Virus record (IMG/VR): IMGVR_UViG_3300021411_000016
Location: 1-35,448 of that record
Source: a virus
Taxonomy: Duplodnaviria; Caudoviricetes
DNA: 35,448 nucleotides
Direction: 5' to 3' (one strand)
Shown here: positions 23,106-31,944 of the stretch, one piece after another
Position numbering within the stretch: the first letter of the stretch is position 1
How the letters are laid out: the number at the start of each line of letters is the position of its first letter
Made by a program: the position numbers and the translations under genes
Notes under the pieces: generated by a model
The model's input: only the letters and a program-made list of their open reading frames with translations
Database searches by the model: none
What the model was told of the DNA's origin: nothing

Positions 23106-23425
23106 TAGCTACCCCAGCGAATCATATTGGCTGCAATCGTTGATCCTGTGGTTAAAACATTTACGGCATAGATTGGATGCCAAATACCCGCTGCTAAATT
23201 AGGCAATGTATCGGTCGTACCATCCCATTTGGTATAAGCCAAATTTCCGGTCACCCCAATATAAATCCATCTCGCAAACTCAAGAACGCCTGGTGGAGTA
23301 GTTGAGTTAGTAAAACCCGTGTCATAGGTAACAGATCCTGTACGAGCAGGACCGCCAAGCGTTCTGACTTGTGCGGTATATAAATTGGGATCTAAAGGCG
23401 GGACAAAAGAAAATGGAAGTGACAT
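23105..23425 (-). CDS. Small beta-rich structural protein
   Basis: ARWIYIGVTGNL...NLAAG..HPI....V..TGST pattern. Confidence 0.75.
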   Translation of the reverse strand: MSLPFSFVPPLDPNLYTAQVRTLGGPARTGSVTYDTGFTNSTTPPGVLEFARWIYIGVTGNLAYTKWDGTTDTLPNLAAGIWHPIYAVNVLTTGSTIAANMIRWGS

Positions 23426-23490
23426 TGATACATATCCTTATGTATAAATTCGGCATCATGCCTATAAAACTTGAAATAAATATTAACAAT

Positions 23491-23499
23491 ATTATATCA
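23491..23499 (-). promoter_or_regulatory. Extended -10 promoter for distal tail genes
   Basis: TG-A-TATAAT ~65 nt upstream of ATG 23425. Confidence 0.55.
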
Positions 23500-23508
23500 T
23501 ATGCGCCA

Positions 23509-23604
23509 TCAAAACCTAGGCTTAGCAAGTAATCCATTCTCGCCTAAATCAATGTCTAGTGAATCAAACAATGCCATAACACTCTTTGCTGCACTGCTTG
23601 TCAT
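23509..23604 (-). pseudogene. Short, probably truncated ORF following the captured origin
   Basis: AAGGAGG SD; MTSSAAKSVMALFDSLDIDLGENGLLAKPRF (31 aa). Confidence 0.4.
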
Positions 23605-23635
23605 TTTATGCCCTCCTTTGGCCTCTAAATCATTC

Positions 23636-23930
23636 GGTAACTAAGCGGTAACCACAAAGGTAACCAAATTTGGTTACCGTAAGAACTCAATAGCCACGGG
23701 GCTTCCAAGGCCATTTTTTGACAAGGTAACCAAGTAACCAAATTTTCAAACATAAGAGTCCCTTTTCTATTTCCCCTTAACCTAAGCAGGCTCGCGCGAT
23801 AATCCTCTCTCTTATTATTTATTATTTGGTTACCTAAATAATAAATAAGCCTCAAAGCCGCGTGGTTACTGGTCTAAACGAGGTAACCAACCGTGGTTAC
23901 CTTTTAGTTACCTTTGGTTACTCGGTTACC
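23636..23930. repeat. Satellite/PICI-type origin: 13 RGTWACY iterons in both orientations around an AT-rich inverted repeat
   Basis: Copies at 23636, 23647, 23659, 23672, 23725, 23733, 23828, 23864, 23882, 23895, 23906, 23916, 23924; IR TTATTTATTATTT/AAATAATAAATAA flanks the 23828 copy. Confidence 0.8.
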
Positions 23931-24238
23931 TCTTCTGGTTCTTCCATATTCCACATGGCACCATCAAAGAAGTAATACTTTGAGTTAGTGCCATCTATTT
24001 TTTTCTGCCTTAAATATTTGGCGTTTCCTTTCTTCTTTTTATCCTCGGTAAGGAAACCAGCATTGATAAGTGTTTCCACGGCAAAGTCATGGCTACTACC
24101 TTTAGTCATTTGCTTGAAGGTATGGGCTGTAGCGTAATGCACCCATCTATTGTCACCCGCCTTTTCTTTATATCCGGCTTGGTTGTCTTTCTCGAAAGGA
24201 GAGTTTTCGCCAATGGTTTTAAACATGGCATTATGTGA
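23918..24238 (-). pseudogene. C-terminal remnant of a DUF927/Cch-like primase-helicase
   Basis: NQAGY..., Y....F.....G.....A...L..AGFL..D...G...KYY pattern; 5' end runs into a hairpin with no SD; ends inside the iteron array. Confidence 0.6.
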
Positions 24239-24239
24239 A

Positions 24240-24271
24240 ACCAAAGGACTCTTTAACAAGAGTCCTTTGGT
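24240..24271 (-). terminator. 14-bp hairpin after the 354-aa structural gene
   Basis: ACCAAAGGACTCTT-TAAC-AAGAGTCCTTTGGT; short T tail on the minus strand. Confidence 0.65.
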
Positions 24272-24278
24272 ATTGATT

Positions 24279-25343
24279 TTATTTGAATATTAAATAATTT
24301 ATGGTCGACGAACCTGGATCCACATCAGTCACAATATTGAAAGATCCAGCCGCAGGAAGGATAAGTCGAGTAACTGCCGCATTAGTTTGGGTTTGCCAGA
24401 AAGCGAGTACAACGCTAGCCGCAGTACAGAACGCATCTGTAATCGTTGAAGTTGCAGAACCGCCTGCCACTGCAACATCCGGAACCATTTTCATTCTAAC
24501 AGCACTAGTTGAGACAGGAATATTACCTGTAGCAGCTAATATATCGCTGATTGTGTAAACGGTTGACTGAGTCATTGAGCCGTTGCTAATGGTTGTATTA
24601 AATGCAGCACCAGCGTTTGCGGCAGCTAAAATTAAAGTCCCATTAGCGGCCGTTGGCGCAAACGAAATAAATGTTCCCAAATCGCCTGAAGATCCAGAGG
24701 TAATATTTCCAGCGGTAGAGGTAATCGCACCAGATGCTACGACGGTGCCAGTTACAGCTAAGTTTTGTTCTAATGTAGCGGCAGCATCTGCCTCTTTAAT
24801 TGATCCCGCGGTATCTGCAAACACAGTGACATGATTGGCAAGTGTTGCACCGACCACTGATGCAACTGTGGGTTGAGCATTATCACTAGCAGCTTTGGTT
24901 GAGGCGGTTCCAGAACCAGCGCCAATAGCAGAAGTAAGAATTAAATCATCAATGCCAAAACGAGCAGGTAGAGGTTCAACTACAACCACCATTGTTCCAG
25001 CGCTTACAGTTCCCGCACCAATCGTTGTCCACATACCTTCACGGATTTGTTCGATACATTGCATGTCATGCCGACGCTGCAATACGGCTGCGACACCCAC
25101 TGCACCCGTTACGATACAAACATAAATTCCGTTTTCATTGTCATTGGTTTGTCCTATTAAACAAACACTATCGCCAACTATGACAACAACGCTATCAATG
25201 GTTAATACACCTGTTGCATAGGTAAGTGTTGCGTTGACACCATTATTTAATGGACCATTTACATACGTTCCAGCCTGATTGGTCGTTGCAACAACGCGAC
25301 AAGGAGAAAGTCCTGCATAAATATTATATTGTTGGAGAGCCAT
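24279..25343 (-). CDS. Structural protein (head fibre/tail-fibre-like)
   Basis: 354 aa, Ala/Thr/Gly-rich; GQTNDNENGIYV motif common in fibre N-termini. Confidence 0.75.
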   Translation of the reverse strand: MALQQYNIYAGLSPCRVVATTNQAGTYVNGPLNNGVNATLTYATGVLTIDSVVVIVGDSVCLIGQTNDNENGIYVCIVTGAVGVAAVLQRRHDMQCIEQIREGMWTTIGAGTVSAGTMVVVVEPLPARFGIDDLILTSAIGAGSGTASTKAASDNAQPTVASVVGATLANHVTVFADTAGSIKEADAAATLEQNLAVTGTVVASGAITSTAGNITSGSSGDLGTFISFAPTAANGTLILAAANAGAAFNTTISNGSMTQSTVYTISDILAATGNIPVSTSAVRMKMVPDVAVAGGSATSTITDAFCTAASVVLAFWQTQTNAAVTRLILPAAGSFNIVTDVDPGSSTINYLIFK

Positions 25344-25397
25344 GATTTTAATTCCTTTTAAAATACGTGGTTATGAAAAGTCCTTTTCAGTAAGGCA

Positions 25398-27005
25398 TTA
25401 TAACTTAAAGTATAAATTTCTATAAGTTGTTGGTGGTAGAATTGGGAATGAAGCACCAGATCCCGCACTTCCGGTGGTTGCTGCAATACTTGTTGTAAAT
25501 CCGCCAGCTCCCATAATATTACCACCTGTTCCGGTTCCAATAAATTGGCCGCCATTGTTTGCAGATGGATGGGTATGAGCTGGAATATTAGCCGTAACTA
25601 ATGTTTGATTTTCAGCACCCACAAACGTTCCAAGTAAATGACTTGAATTAACGCCCGCAATAGCGCGACCTGCTTGAAAGGTTAATTGAATTTTATTATT
25701 CGCATTAAAATCGGTAAAAGGATCTGCACCATACGCGACATTAACATTCGTGCTGGTGAACATAGGTGCGAGTGATTGATTGCTTACAAATGTATTCCAT
25801 AACATATCAAACAAAGGGAATGCATCAATATTGGCATAGAATGCAGTGGATGACGCATTACCAATTGTTCCATCAAGCATTGCTACCCAACCCAATGTAA
25901 ATGGACTTATTGTGATTTTCTGATCACCGGTACGCGGCGAATTAACAATTGCATCCACTTGATCATAGGAATGGAAATCAATGGCAGAAGCGGATAATAC
26001 ATTAACCAAATATAAACTAGGTAAAACAATATCGACATTAACCAAAGCAGATAATGGAAAATTAACTTGTAAAAATAATCCATCATTACCGCATGTTCCT
26101 ATTGTTTTGCCCGCAATGCTTGGAATGACGACACCATTAAAAATAAAGGATTGCCAAGAAGATGTAATAGCTGGACTTCCAACAGCTGTCACCACATCCG
26201 CGCTTGGTGATCCACCATTTCCAAAGAATTGTCTTAAGGTTAGTGTGACATTTGCATTACCACTATTTAATCGCGCAAAAATCTTGATACTACATGTCTG
26301 TCCACTTAAATTCTGTAATCCTTGAACAATTGGAAATTGAATATATTTATAGGTCTCACCCGATCCAGCACCTGTCGATGTATAATTCAAATAATTAATC
26401 GGTGTAGGATTTGGCGCTAAGGATGCAATACCATTTGGCGTGAAAAGAGGAAAACTTAATGAATCACTCGCTGTTTGATTATTTTTAGCAAAAATAATAT
26501 CAGGGGAAGCAGGACCATTTGGATCTGCTAGATTGCCCACATAACCTGCATTATTGCTCGGTGCTAAAGTAATAAAAGTTGGAATAGAGGGTGCGCCAGT
26601 TTGTGTTCCAACATGGCGATAAAAAGCACCATTCACAACTAAATTCTGAATATCATTATTCGCAACGATTGTACCACCACCACTCCCCGCCTCACCTGGC
26701 AAGCCATCAAAATCCCATAAGAAATTTTGAATCGTGGTATCGGCTGAATCATAAACGCGAATGTAATAAGTGTCAGTGGGATTCGCTGAATCAAACTCCC
26801 AAAAAATAGGCGGCATGGTTCCATTACCAAATCCTACAATCGGCTGATCATAAGGAATCGTGCCTGCCGCATCTTGGAAAGCAGGCTTAAATGCAGAAGG
26901 ATTTAAGCTGCTATACGTATAGATCGCAGCACCATTCGGTAATTTAGAGAAATTATCAATAATCACCCAATGGGGATTAGGTTGTATCGTATAGGTTATT
27001 GCCAT
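25398..27005 (-). CDS. Tail spike/fibre with C-terminal tail-collar-like domain
   Basis: N-terminal IYTY....FQD..G attachment pattern; C-terminal RTGD.K...GW...DG.IG, G.E..TL...NIPAHTH, LPPT. Confidence 0.8.
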   Translation of the reverse strand: MAITYTIQPNPHWVIIDNFSKLPNGAAIYTYSSLNPSAFKPAFQDAAGTIPYDQPIVGFGNGTMPPIFWEFDSANPTDTYYIRVYDSADTTIQNFLWDFDGLPGEAGSGGGTIVANNDIQNLVVNGAFYRHVGTQTGAPSIPTFITLAPSNNAGYVGNLADPNGPASPDIIFAKNNQTASDSLSFPLFTPNGIASLAPNPTPINYLNYTSTGAGSGETYKYIQFPIVQGLQNLSGQTCSIKIFARLNSGNANVTLTLRQFFGNGGSPSADVVTAVGSPAITSSWQSFIFNGVVIPSIAGKTIGTCGNDGLFLQVNFPLSALVNVDIVLPSLYLVNVLSASAIDFHSYDQVDAIVNSPRTGDQKITISPFTLGWVAMLDGTIGNASSTAFYANIDAFPLFDMLWNTFVSNQSLAPMFTSTNVNVAYGADPFTDFNANNKIQLTFQAGRAIAGVNSSHLLGTFVGAENQTLVTANIPAHTHPSANNGGQFIGTGTGGNIMGAGGFTTSIAATTGSAGSGASFPILPPTTYRNLYFKL

Positions 27006-27022
27006 TTTATATCCTTATAAAA

Positions 27023-28831
27023 TCAATCCTTTTCATTTAAGACGCCAATCAAATTATCCATTTTATTTTTGGCAATTCCCGCCTTTAATCCGCTATTTAC
27101 TATATACGATGAAATCTCATTTATTCTTTTATTTTTATCTTGAATCATTGCGCGCTGTTTAAAACCTTTCTCCCAATCAGGGCTATAAATGAATTTTAAT
27201 CTAGCAATATCGCCCTTGGCACCATCTATATTTTTTATCATCGTTATAAAATAATTTCCTAAATTTCTCATCTGATCTATAGATGATTTTGATTGAGCCT
27301 CACTTTGGCCAACTGTTTTTATACTAGATAAATTTTTCCATCCTGATCGCATATCCCTTATCATCTTCTGAGCTTCTGGGAAGTTTTTAGTTTGTCTTAA
27401 TATTTCTTGATAGGGCTTTCTGTTAGTTAAAAACTTAGAATAAAATGATTTTGCTGTTAAATCTTCTAATTCTTTATTTCCTTTTCTTTCGATTTCTTGT
27501 CTAGTTAATTTACCGTGTGCTGCTTCTGTCGCTTTTTCATAATCAGGATTATTTTTCTTTAAAAAATTATCAAATGGTTTTCTATTTAATTCCATATGAT
27601 GCGCACTTACTCTTTCAGACCCAACCGATGAGCTTGCTAATGAATTTGATTCCTTTCTCATTGTTCTATTAACTTGAGCAAGAAATTCATAATTATTATG
27701 TGCAATATCTGCGAATGCTGGATCAAGTTGTACTTTTTCAATTGCATTTCTCATTATTGGGTTTTGCATCATTGCTGCAACAACGGTTGGATCAACATCA
27801 TGTTGATATGCTTTTTTATATAATTTATTTATATGATTTTCATTTTCTTTTGTTGGCTTATAAATAGTATCCAGCATTTTATTAATAGAATTATTTTGTT
27901 TATATTTTTCTGATTCTTCTAATCTATAACCTAATTGACCACCGCCAGCGGTGCGTTTTAAAGCGCCCTCTTGCGCGCCCCTTACATAATTTCCGCTTGC
28001 CTCTCCTGGGGTAATGTTAGTTCCCAATCTTCTACTGGCATTAACGGCTTTCGAAACATCTTTTTCATGCAATCCAGATAACATATCTTCGGATATTTTA
28101 TTAGCTGACTCCATTCCCAATGCACCGCGCACAGGAAAACCAATGCCTGCTGCTGCGCCCATATAAGGATGACCAAATTGACTGCCAATTAATGCGCCCA
28201 TCCCAGCTTTAGCGAGATATGGTAAATATTTTGATCCTTGCGCTGCAACAGAGCCTAACAAGCCAAATGGGCCACCAATAGCAGCACCTTTTAAAAATTC
28301 TTTTTTAGAATTATTTGGATTTTCTAATGCATTGATATAACCTACTTCTGCGGCTGTCTTACCAGATTTTAATAAAGCATTTTTAATGGGATTTGCTTTT
28401 GCTGTTGCACTGTATTTTTTAAGGTAATTTAATGCTTTTGGTGCATATTGAAGTGCTTTTAATGCACCAGATTCAACCGCTTGAGGACCTGCAAATGGCG
28501 CAATCATTTGGCCTATTTTTGAAGCTTCTGTATTGGGCGCAAAATTAAAACGAGGGACTTTGTGTGAAGTAGGGTTTAATAATTCTGCCGTATCGCTTGG
28601 AAAATTAGCAAGTCCTTGAGCGCCACCAATTGCAGCATGTTTTAATGTTTGCCTTGCAGTATCCCTAAATTCTTTTTCTTTTTCTTCGCTCATTGGTTTT
28701 GGAAATAGATTAATAGGCTTAGATGGCTCATTTTTTGATAGTGGTTCAAAATCATGAGGAGTAAAGGCGTTATCACCCTTACTTAATGGCTCAAAGTCAC
28801 TTGTATCAAATTTAAACTTCTTCATAGCCAT
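27023..28831 (-). CDS. DNA ejection protein (gp16 position)
   Basis: Helical, with a Gly/Ala hydrophobic segment; third of three ejection-like genes. Confidence 0.65.
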   Translation of the reverse strand: MAMKKFKFDTSDFEPLSKGDNAFTPHDFEPLSKNEPSKPINLFPKPMSEEKEKEFRDTARQTLKHAAIGGAQGLANFPSDTAELLNPTSHKVPRFNFAPNTEASKIGQMIAPFAGPQAVESGALKALQYAPKALNYLKKYSATAKANPIKNALLKSGKTAAEVGYINALENPNNSKKEFLKGAAIGGPFGLLGSVAAQGSKYLPYLAKAGMGALIGSQFGHPYMGAAAGIGFPVRGALGMESANKISEDMLSGLHEKDVSKAVNASRRLGTNITPGEASGNYVRGAQEGALKRTAGGGQLGYRLEESEKYKQNNSINKMLDTIYKPTKENENHINKLYKKAYQHDVDPTVVAAMMQNPIMRNAIEKVQLDPAFADIAHNNYEFLAQVNRTMRKESNSLASSSVGSERVSAHHMELNRKPFDNFLKKNNPDYEKATEAAHGKLTRQEIERKGNKELEDLTAKSFYSKFLTNRKPYQEILRQTKNFPEAQKMIRDMRSGWKNLSSIKTVGQSEAQSKSSIDQMRNLGNYFITMIKNIDGAKGDIARLKFIYSPDWEKGFKQRAMIQDKNKRINEISSYIVNSGLKAGIAKNKMDNLIGVLNEKD

Positions 28832-30233
28832 TCGCCTGATATGCTTCTAGCCTATTTGCAGGGATAAATCCGGCCGCGCCTGTTTCCTTATTTCTTACAT
28901 GTTTTTTTCCTGTGGGGATCACTATTTTTTTATTATTTATAGAGTTTGAATTTTTTGATCCCATAAATTTTTCAATTTCTTTTTGAGCATTTGGACTAAA
29001 TGCAGCTTTGATGTTTTTAGGATTAGAATAAAAATCTTCCCACGAATTAATATTATTATTGTCTTGTTTATGCGTTTTACTATCATAAAATGGTTTTTTA
29101 GTTTGATAGTAATTCCATAATAAAGGAATATCACGAGAATTATAACCAGCATTTTTAAACATATTATTGAATACAGGTTTCTCCAAATTTCTTTTTTGTA
29201 ATCCAGCATTATATTCATACATATGATAAAAAGCTTCGTCGGTGAAAGCTCTAGGAGATTTTGAGGATGCGGCTAATTCTCGTCCTTCATTTGTTAAATT
29301 TCCTTGAGAATCGGCTTTTGCCATTTGTGCAACTAAAACACCCATCCCAGAATCATAATCATTTGCTGCTGTAGTGAATCCAGGTAAATTTCCACCAATA
29401 GGCCCTGATTGTAAAAAGTTCATTCTTTCTCTAGCATCTTTAGCCTTTTTAAGTGCAGCTACAATAAGAGGACTGTTTTTTACGTTTGCATTATCTTCAT
29501 TAATCATTGAATCCATGCGAGCTTCTTCGTTTTCTGCCTCTTTTTTAACACCCGCTTCCAATCCTCCTTGAATTGCTTTTGCGCCGCTTGTTGCATTTAC
29601 TCCTCCAGCAGAACCAGGTACCGCAGCATTGCTTGCTTGTTTGCTAAAATTTCCCCCGCCAAACAACTGATTGCGAGGCGTTATACCGGCAGGAATCGAG
29701 TTACCTTCATCATCAATTTTATTTTCTTGTCCAGGCGGCAATTGATTCATTGGCGTAAATCCTTTTGGTGCATTAGCCTCAGGTATTAATACACCGCTGC
29801 CAGCTTGTCCTTGTGAACCTTGTTGTGCTGAACCAGGATTATTATTTAAACTATTCTGTCCTTTTTGTTGCGGTATAATTTTCTGTAATAAAGCATTCAG
29901 CATATTGCCCGTTCCATTCCAACCTCTTGCATTGGGATGAGGAATAATACTTGTATTCATATTTCTTAATGAATTATTCTGCTGATTTACTAATTCAGCA
30001 TATATTTTAGGGTCCATATTAGCAGCGCCAGGTCCCGATAACATTTGGGCAATTGCCATTGCCGGTGCAGTTTGTGCATAAGCAGTTTTGGACAGCGCAT
30101 TAGCATAATTCGTATAAGGAGCATAGTCAGCCGCAGATTGGCCTACTCTATACTTATTAACCGCATTGCTTGCTGCAAGTATTCCGCCGCCTGGTTCAGC
30201 ATCTGCTACAACTTTAGGTAATGGGAGCGCCAT
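28812..30233 (-). CDS. DNA ejection protein (gp20 position)
   Basis: Ala/Gln/Asn-rich, no Cys; synteny. Confidence 0.65.
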   Translation of the reverse strand: MALPLPKVVADAEPGGGILAASNAVNKYRVGQSAADYAPYTNYANALSKTAYAQTAPAMAIAQMLSGPGAANMDPKIYAELVNQQNNSLRNMNTSIIPHPNARGWNGTGNMLNALLQKIIPQQKGQNSLNNNPGSAQQGSQGQAGSGVLIPEANAPKGFTPMNQLPPGQENKIDDEGNSIPAGITPRNQLFGGGNFSKQASNAAVPGSAGGVNATSGAKAIQGGLEAGVKKEAENEEARMDSMINEDNANVKNSPLIVAALKKAKDARERMNFLQSGPIGGNLPGFTTAANDYDSGMGVLVAQMAKADSQGNLTNEGRELAASSKSPRAFTDEAFYHMYEYNAGLQKRNLEKPVFNNMFKNAGYNSRDIPLLWNYYQTKKPFYDSKTHKQDNNNINSWEDFYSNPKNIKAAFSPNAQKEIEKFMGSKNSNSINNKKIVIPTGKKHVRNKETGAAGFIPANRLEAYQANGYEEV

Positions 30234-30252
30234 AAATTCACCTTTTTAAAAA

Positions 30253-31029
30253 TTAACTTCCGAAATAATTTCCGACCTTGCTACCAATCGCACCACCCGC
30301 AGCACCTCCAACAGGACCCCCATAAATTGATCCAACAACAGTGCCTGCTGTTCCTAATAATCCACCCCAAAGATTGCTACTATCTTGATTTTTACCCGCG
30401 CGTTGTCCAAATGCTGCTTCACCCATTTGACGACCCATATCACCATACATGCTAGTTAATGAATTTGCGGCATTTTGGCCACCTTGAATTAAACTTTGCT
30501 GACCTTCGCCATAATTATTATTAATGCCTAATACATTGCTCAGCCAGTCTTTCATATCGCCTTGACTGATATCATGCGCATTCTGCATTTCAAATTGTTC
30601 TAAAGGCGTTGAGCCTGTTAAACCTGAGGCTGAACCCGCATTCCCATATCGACGAGCAGATTGTTCTTGTTGATATTTAGCCCAAGGAGACTGTTGATAT
30701 TGATTCATTAAATTATTAATAAATCCGGAAGGATCTTTTTGACCACTTAGCCATTGCTGAAAAGCAGGAATTGCACCGGCTCCAGCTTCTTGATAAGGAC
30801 GTTGCGCCGCCTCACCTTTTTGCGCCCACTCCCTATATTGGTCTGCGGCATCACCATAAGGTTTTCCGGAATTACCTTGCATGCCTGAAATAGCTGTTTG
30901 AGCATGTCCAGCTAATGCATTCCAGTCCATTCCTCCTTGAGAAGCGCCGCCATAATTAGATGCCGGAACCATTCCACCGCCTGCATATTCAGGCGCTTGT
31001 GCATATAATCCATTATTAGAAGAAAACAT
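30253..31029 (-). CDS. DNA ejection/transfer protein (gp7-like)
   Basis: QRPYQEAG..A, YQQSP, SASGLTGS, GQNAA motifs; C-terminal Gly zipper. Confidence 0.75.
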   Translation of the reverse strand: MFSSNNGLYAQAPEYAGGGMVPASNYGGASQGGMDWNALAGHAQTAISGMQGNSGKPYGDAADQYREWAQKGEAAQRPYQEAGAGAIPAFQQWLSGQKDPSGFINNLMNQYQQSPWAKYQQEQSARRYGNAGSASGLTGSTPLEQFEMQNAHDISQGDMKDWLSNVLGINNNYGEGQQSLIQGGQNAANSLTSMYGDMGRQMGEAAFGQRAGKNQDSSNLWGGLLGTAGTVVGSIYGGPVGGAAGGAIGSKVGNYFGS

Positions 31030-31058
31030 AATTCACGTCCTTGTGAAATTATACGAGA

Positions 31059-31679
31059 TTAAATCAACTTCAATCCTCTATTGTATCTGTATTTAAAGGT
31101 TGCCCAAATCATATTTAACTGTCTTGCAGCTTCTCTTAAAGAAACATATTTGATTCCATTTATTTCTATTTCTTTTCCTAGAACTTTACTAATCTTTAGT
31201 CGAGTTTCTTCAGATAAATTCTTGCCATAATTATGATTATTCTTTCCCATCTGGCTACTAGATATTTTATTCTTGCTTTCTTTTTTATGGGTATTTCCTG
31301 AAAAAGAAGGAATAAAAGTTCTAACTATTGTCTTCTGAATATCACTCATTTTTTTTCTAGCTTCATCCGTATGTTTATAACCTTCACATCCTTCACCACC
31401 AGAAGTTAAATTAACCAAATCAAATCCTTGGTTCTTGTAAAATTCTATATAATAGGATTCTTTTTCTCTCCATCCTGCGCCTTCAACGATATCTACAGTT
31501 TCCATTAAAGGTAATAAACCTTTATTTCTTAAGGATACTATCCAAGAAGATAAATGAGTTCCTTTTGTAGCCTTCAAGCATTTATGTGATTTAAACCTTC
31601 TTTTAAGGCATGTAGTTTTACCAACATATCTTATATCCAAAGTCTCAGGGTCTTTAAGGACATAAATGTAAGTTTTCAT
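31059..31679 (-). CDS. Free-standing GIY-YIG homing endonuclease with NUMOD3 repeats
   Basis: YIYVL...RYVGKT, conserved R and E, LVN...GG; HTDEARKKMS, HKKESKNKIS, LSEETRLKIS repeats; C-terminal HTH; ATGA overlap start. Confidence 0.92.
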   Translation of the reverse strand: MKTYIYVLKDPETLDIRYVGKTTCLKRRFKSHKCLKATKGTHLSSWIVSLRNKGLLPLMETVDIVEGAGWREKESYYIEFYKNQGFDLVNLTSGGEGCEGYKHTDEARKKMSDIQKTIVRTFIPSFSGNTHKKESKNKISSSQMGKNNHNYGKNLSEETRLKISKVLGKEIEINGIKYVSLREAARQLNMIWATFKYRYNRGLKLI

Positions 31680-31942
31680 ATTAAATTCTGCCATGAGTTA
31701 TTCTCAAACCCTTGGAACTTATTCGTTGTTGTATTATATATTATCTGCCCATTCACAGGCGATTGTATTGTATCACGCTGCGCCGTTGTAATTTGTGGTA
31801 CTAACATTCCATATTCTGTCAAATAACCTTGTAGTGTTTCAATAAAGGCGCTGATTGCGGCAATCCAAACATCACCCATTTTATCAGGCTTACTTTTTAA
31901 AAGTGGATCATAATAGGTTAATTGATCAATACTATTTGCCAT
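31676..31942 (-). CDS. Small tail protein at the gp26 (needle) position
   Basis: TTAQRDTIQSPVNGQIIYNTT motif; follows the gp10-like gene. Confidence 0.7.
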   Translation of the reverse strand: MANSIDQLTYYDPLLKSKPDKMGDVWIAAISAFIETLQGYLTEYGMLVPQITTAQRDTIQSPVNGQIIYNTTTNKFQGFENNSWQNLI

Positions 31943-31944
31943 AA

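Noticed and set aside
23482-23509. dif-like reading ATGGCGCATAT-GATATA-ATATTGTTAAT at the edge of the captured origin
   Set aside because: Only 18/28 to E. coli dif with both inner core positions broken; better explained as an extended -10 promoter
23636-23930. CRISPR or mini-CRISPR array
   Set aside because: Repeats are 7 bp, in mixed orientation and irregularly spaced; no cas genes
24248-24259. boxA-like ACTCTTTAACAA
   Set aside because: On the strand opposite to local transcription and part of a hairpin
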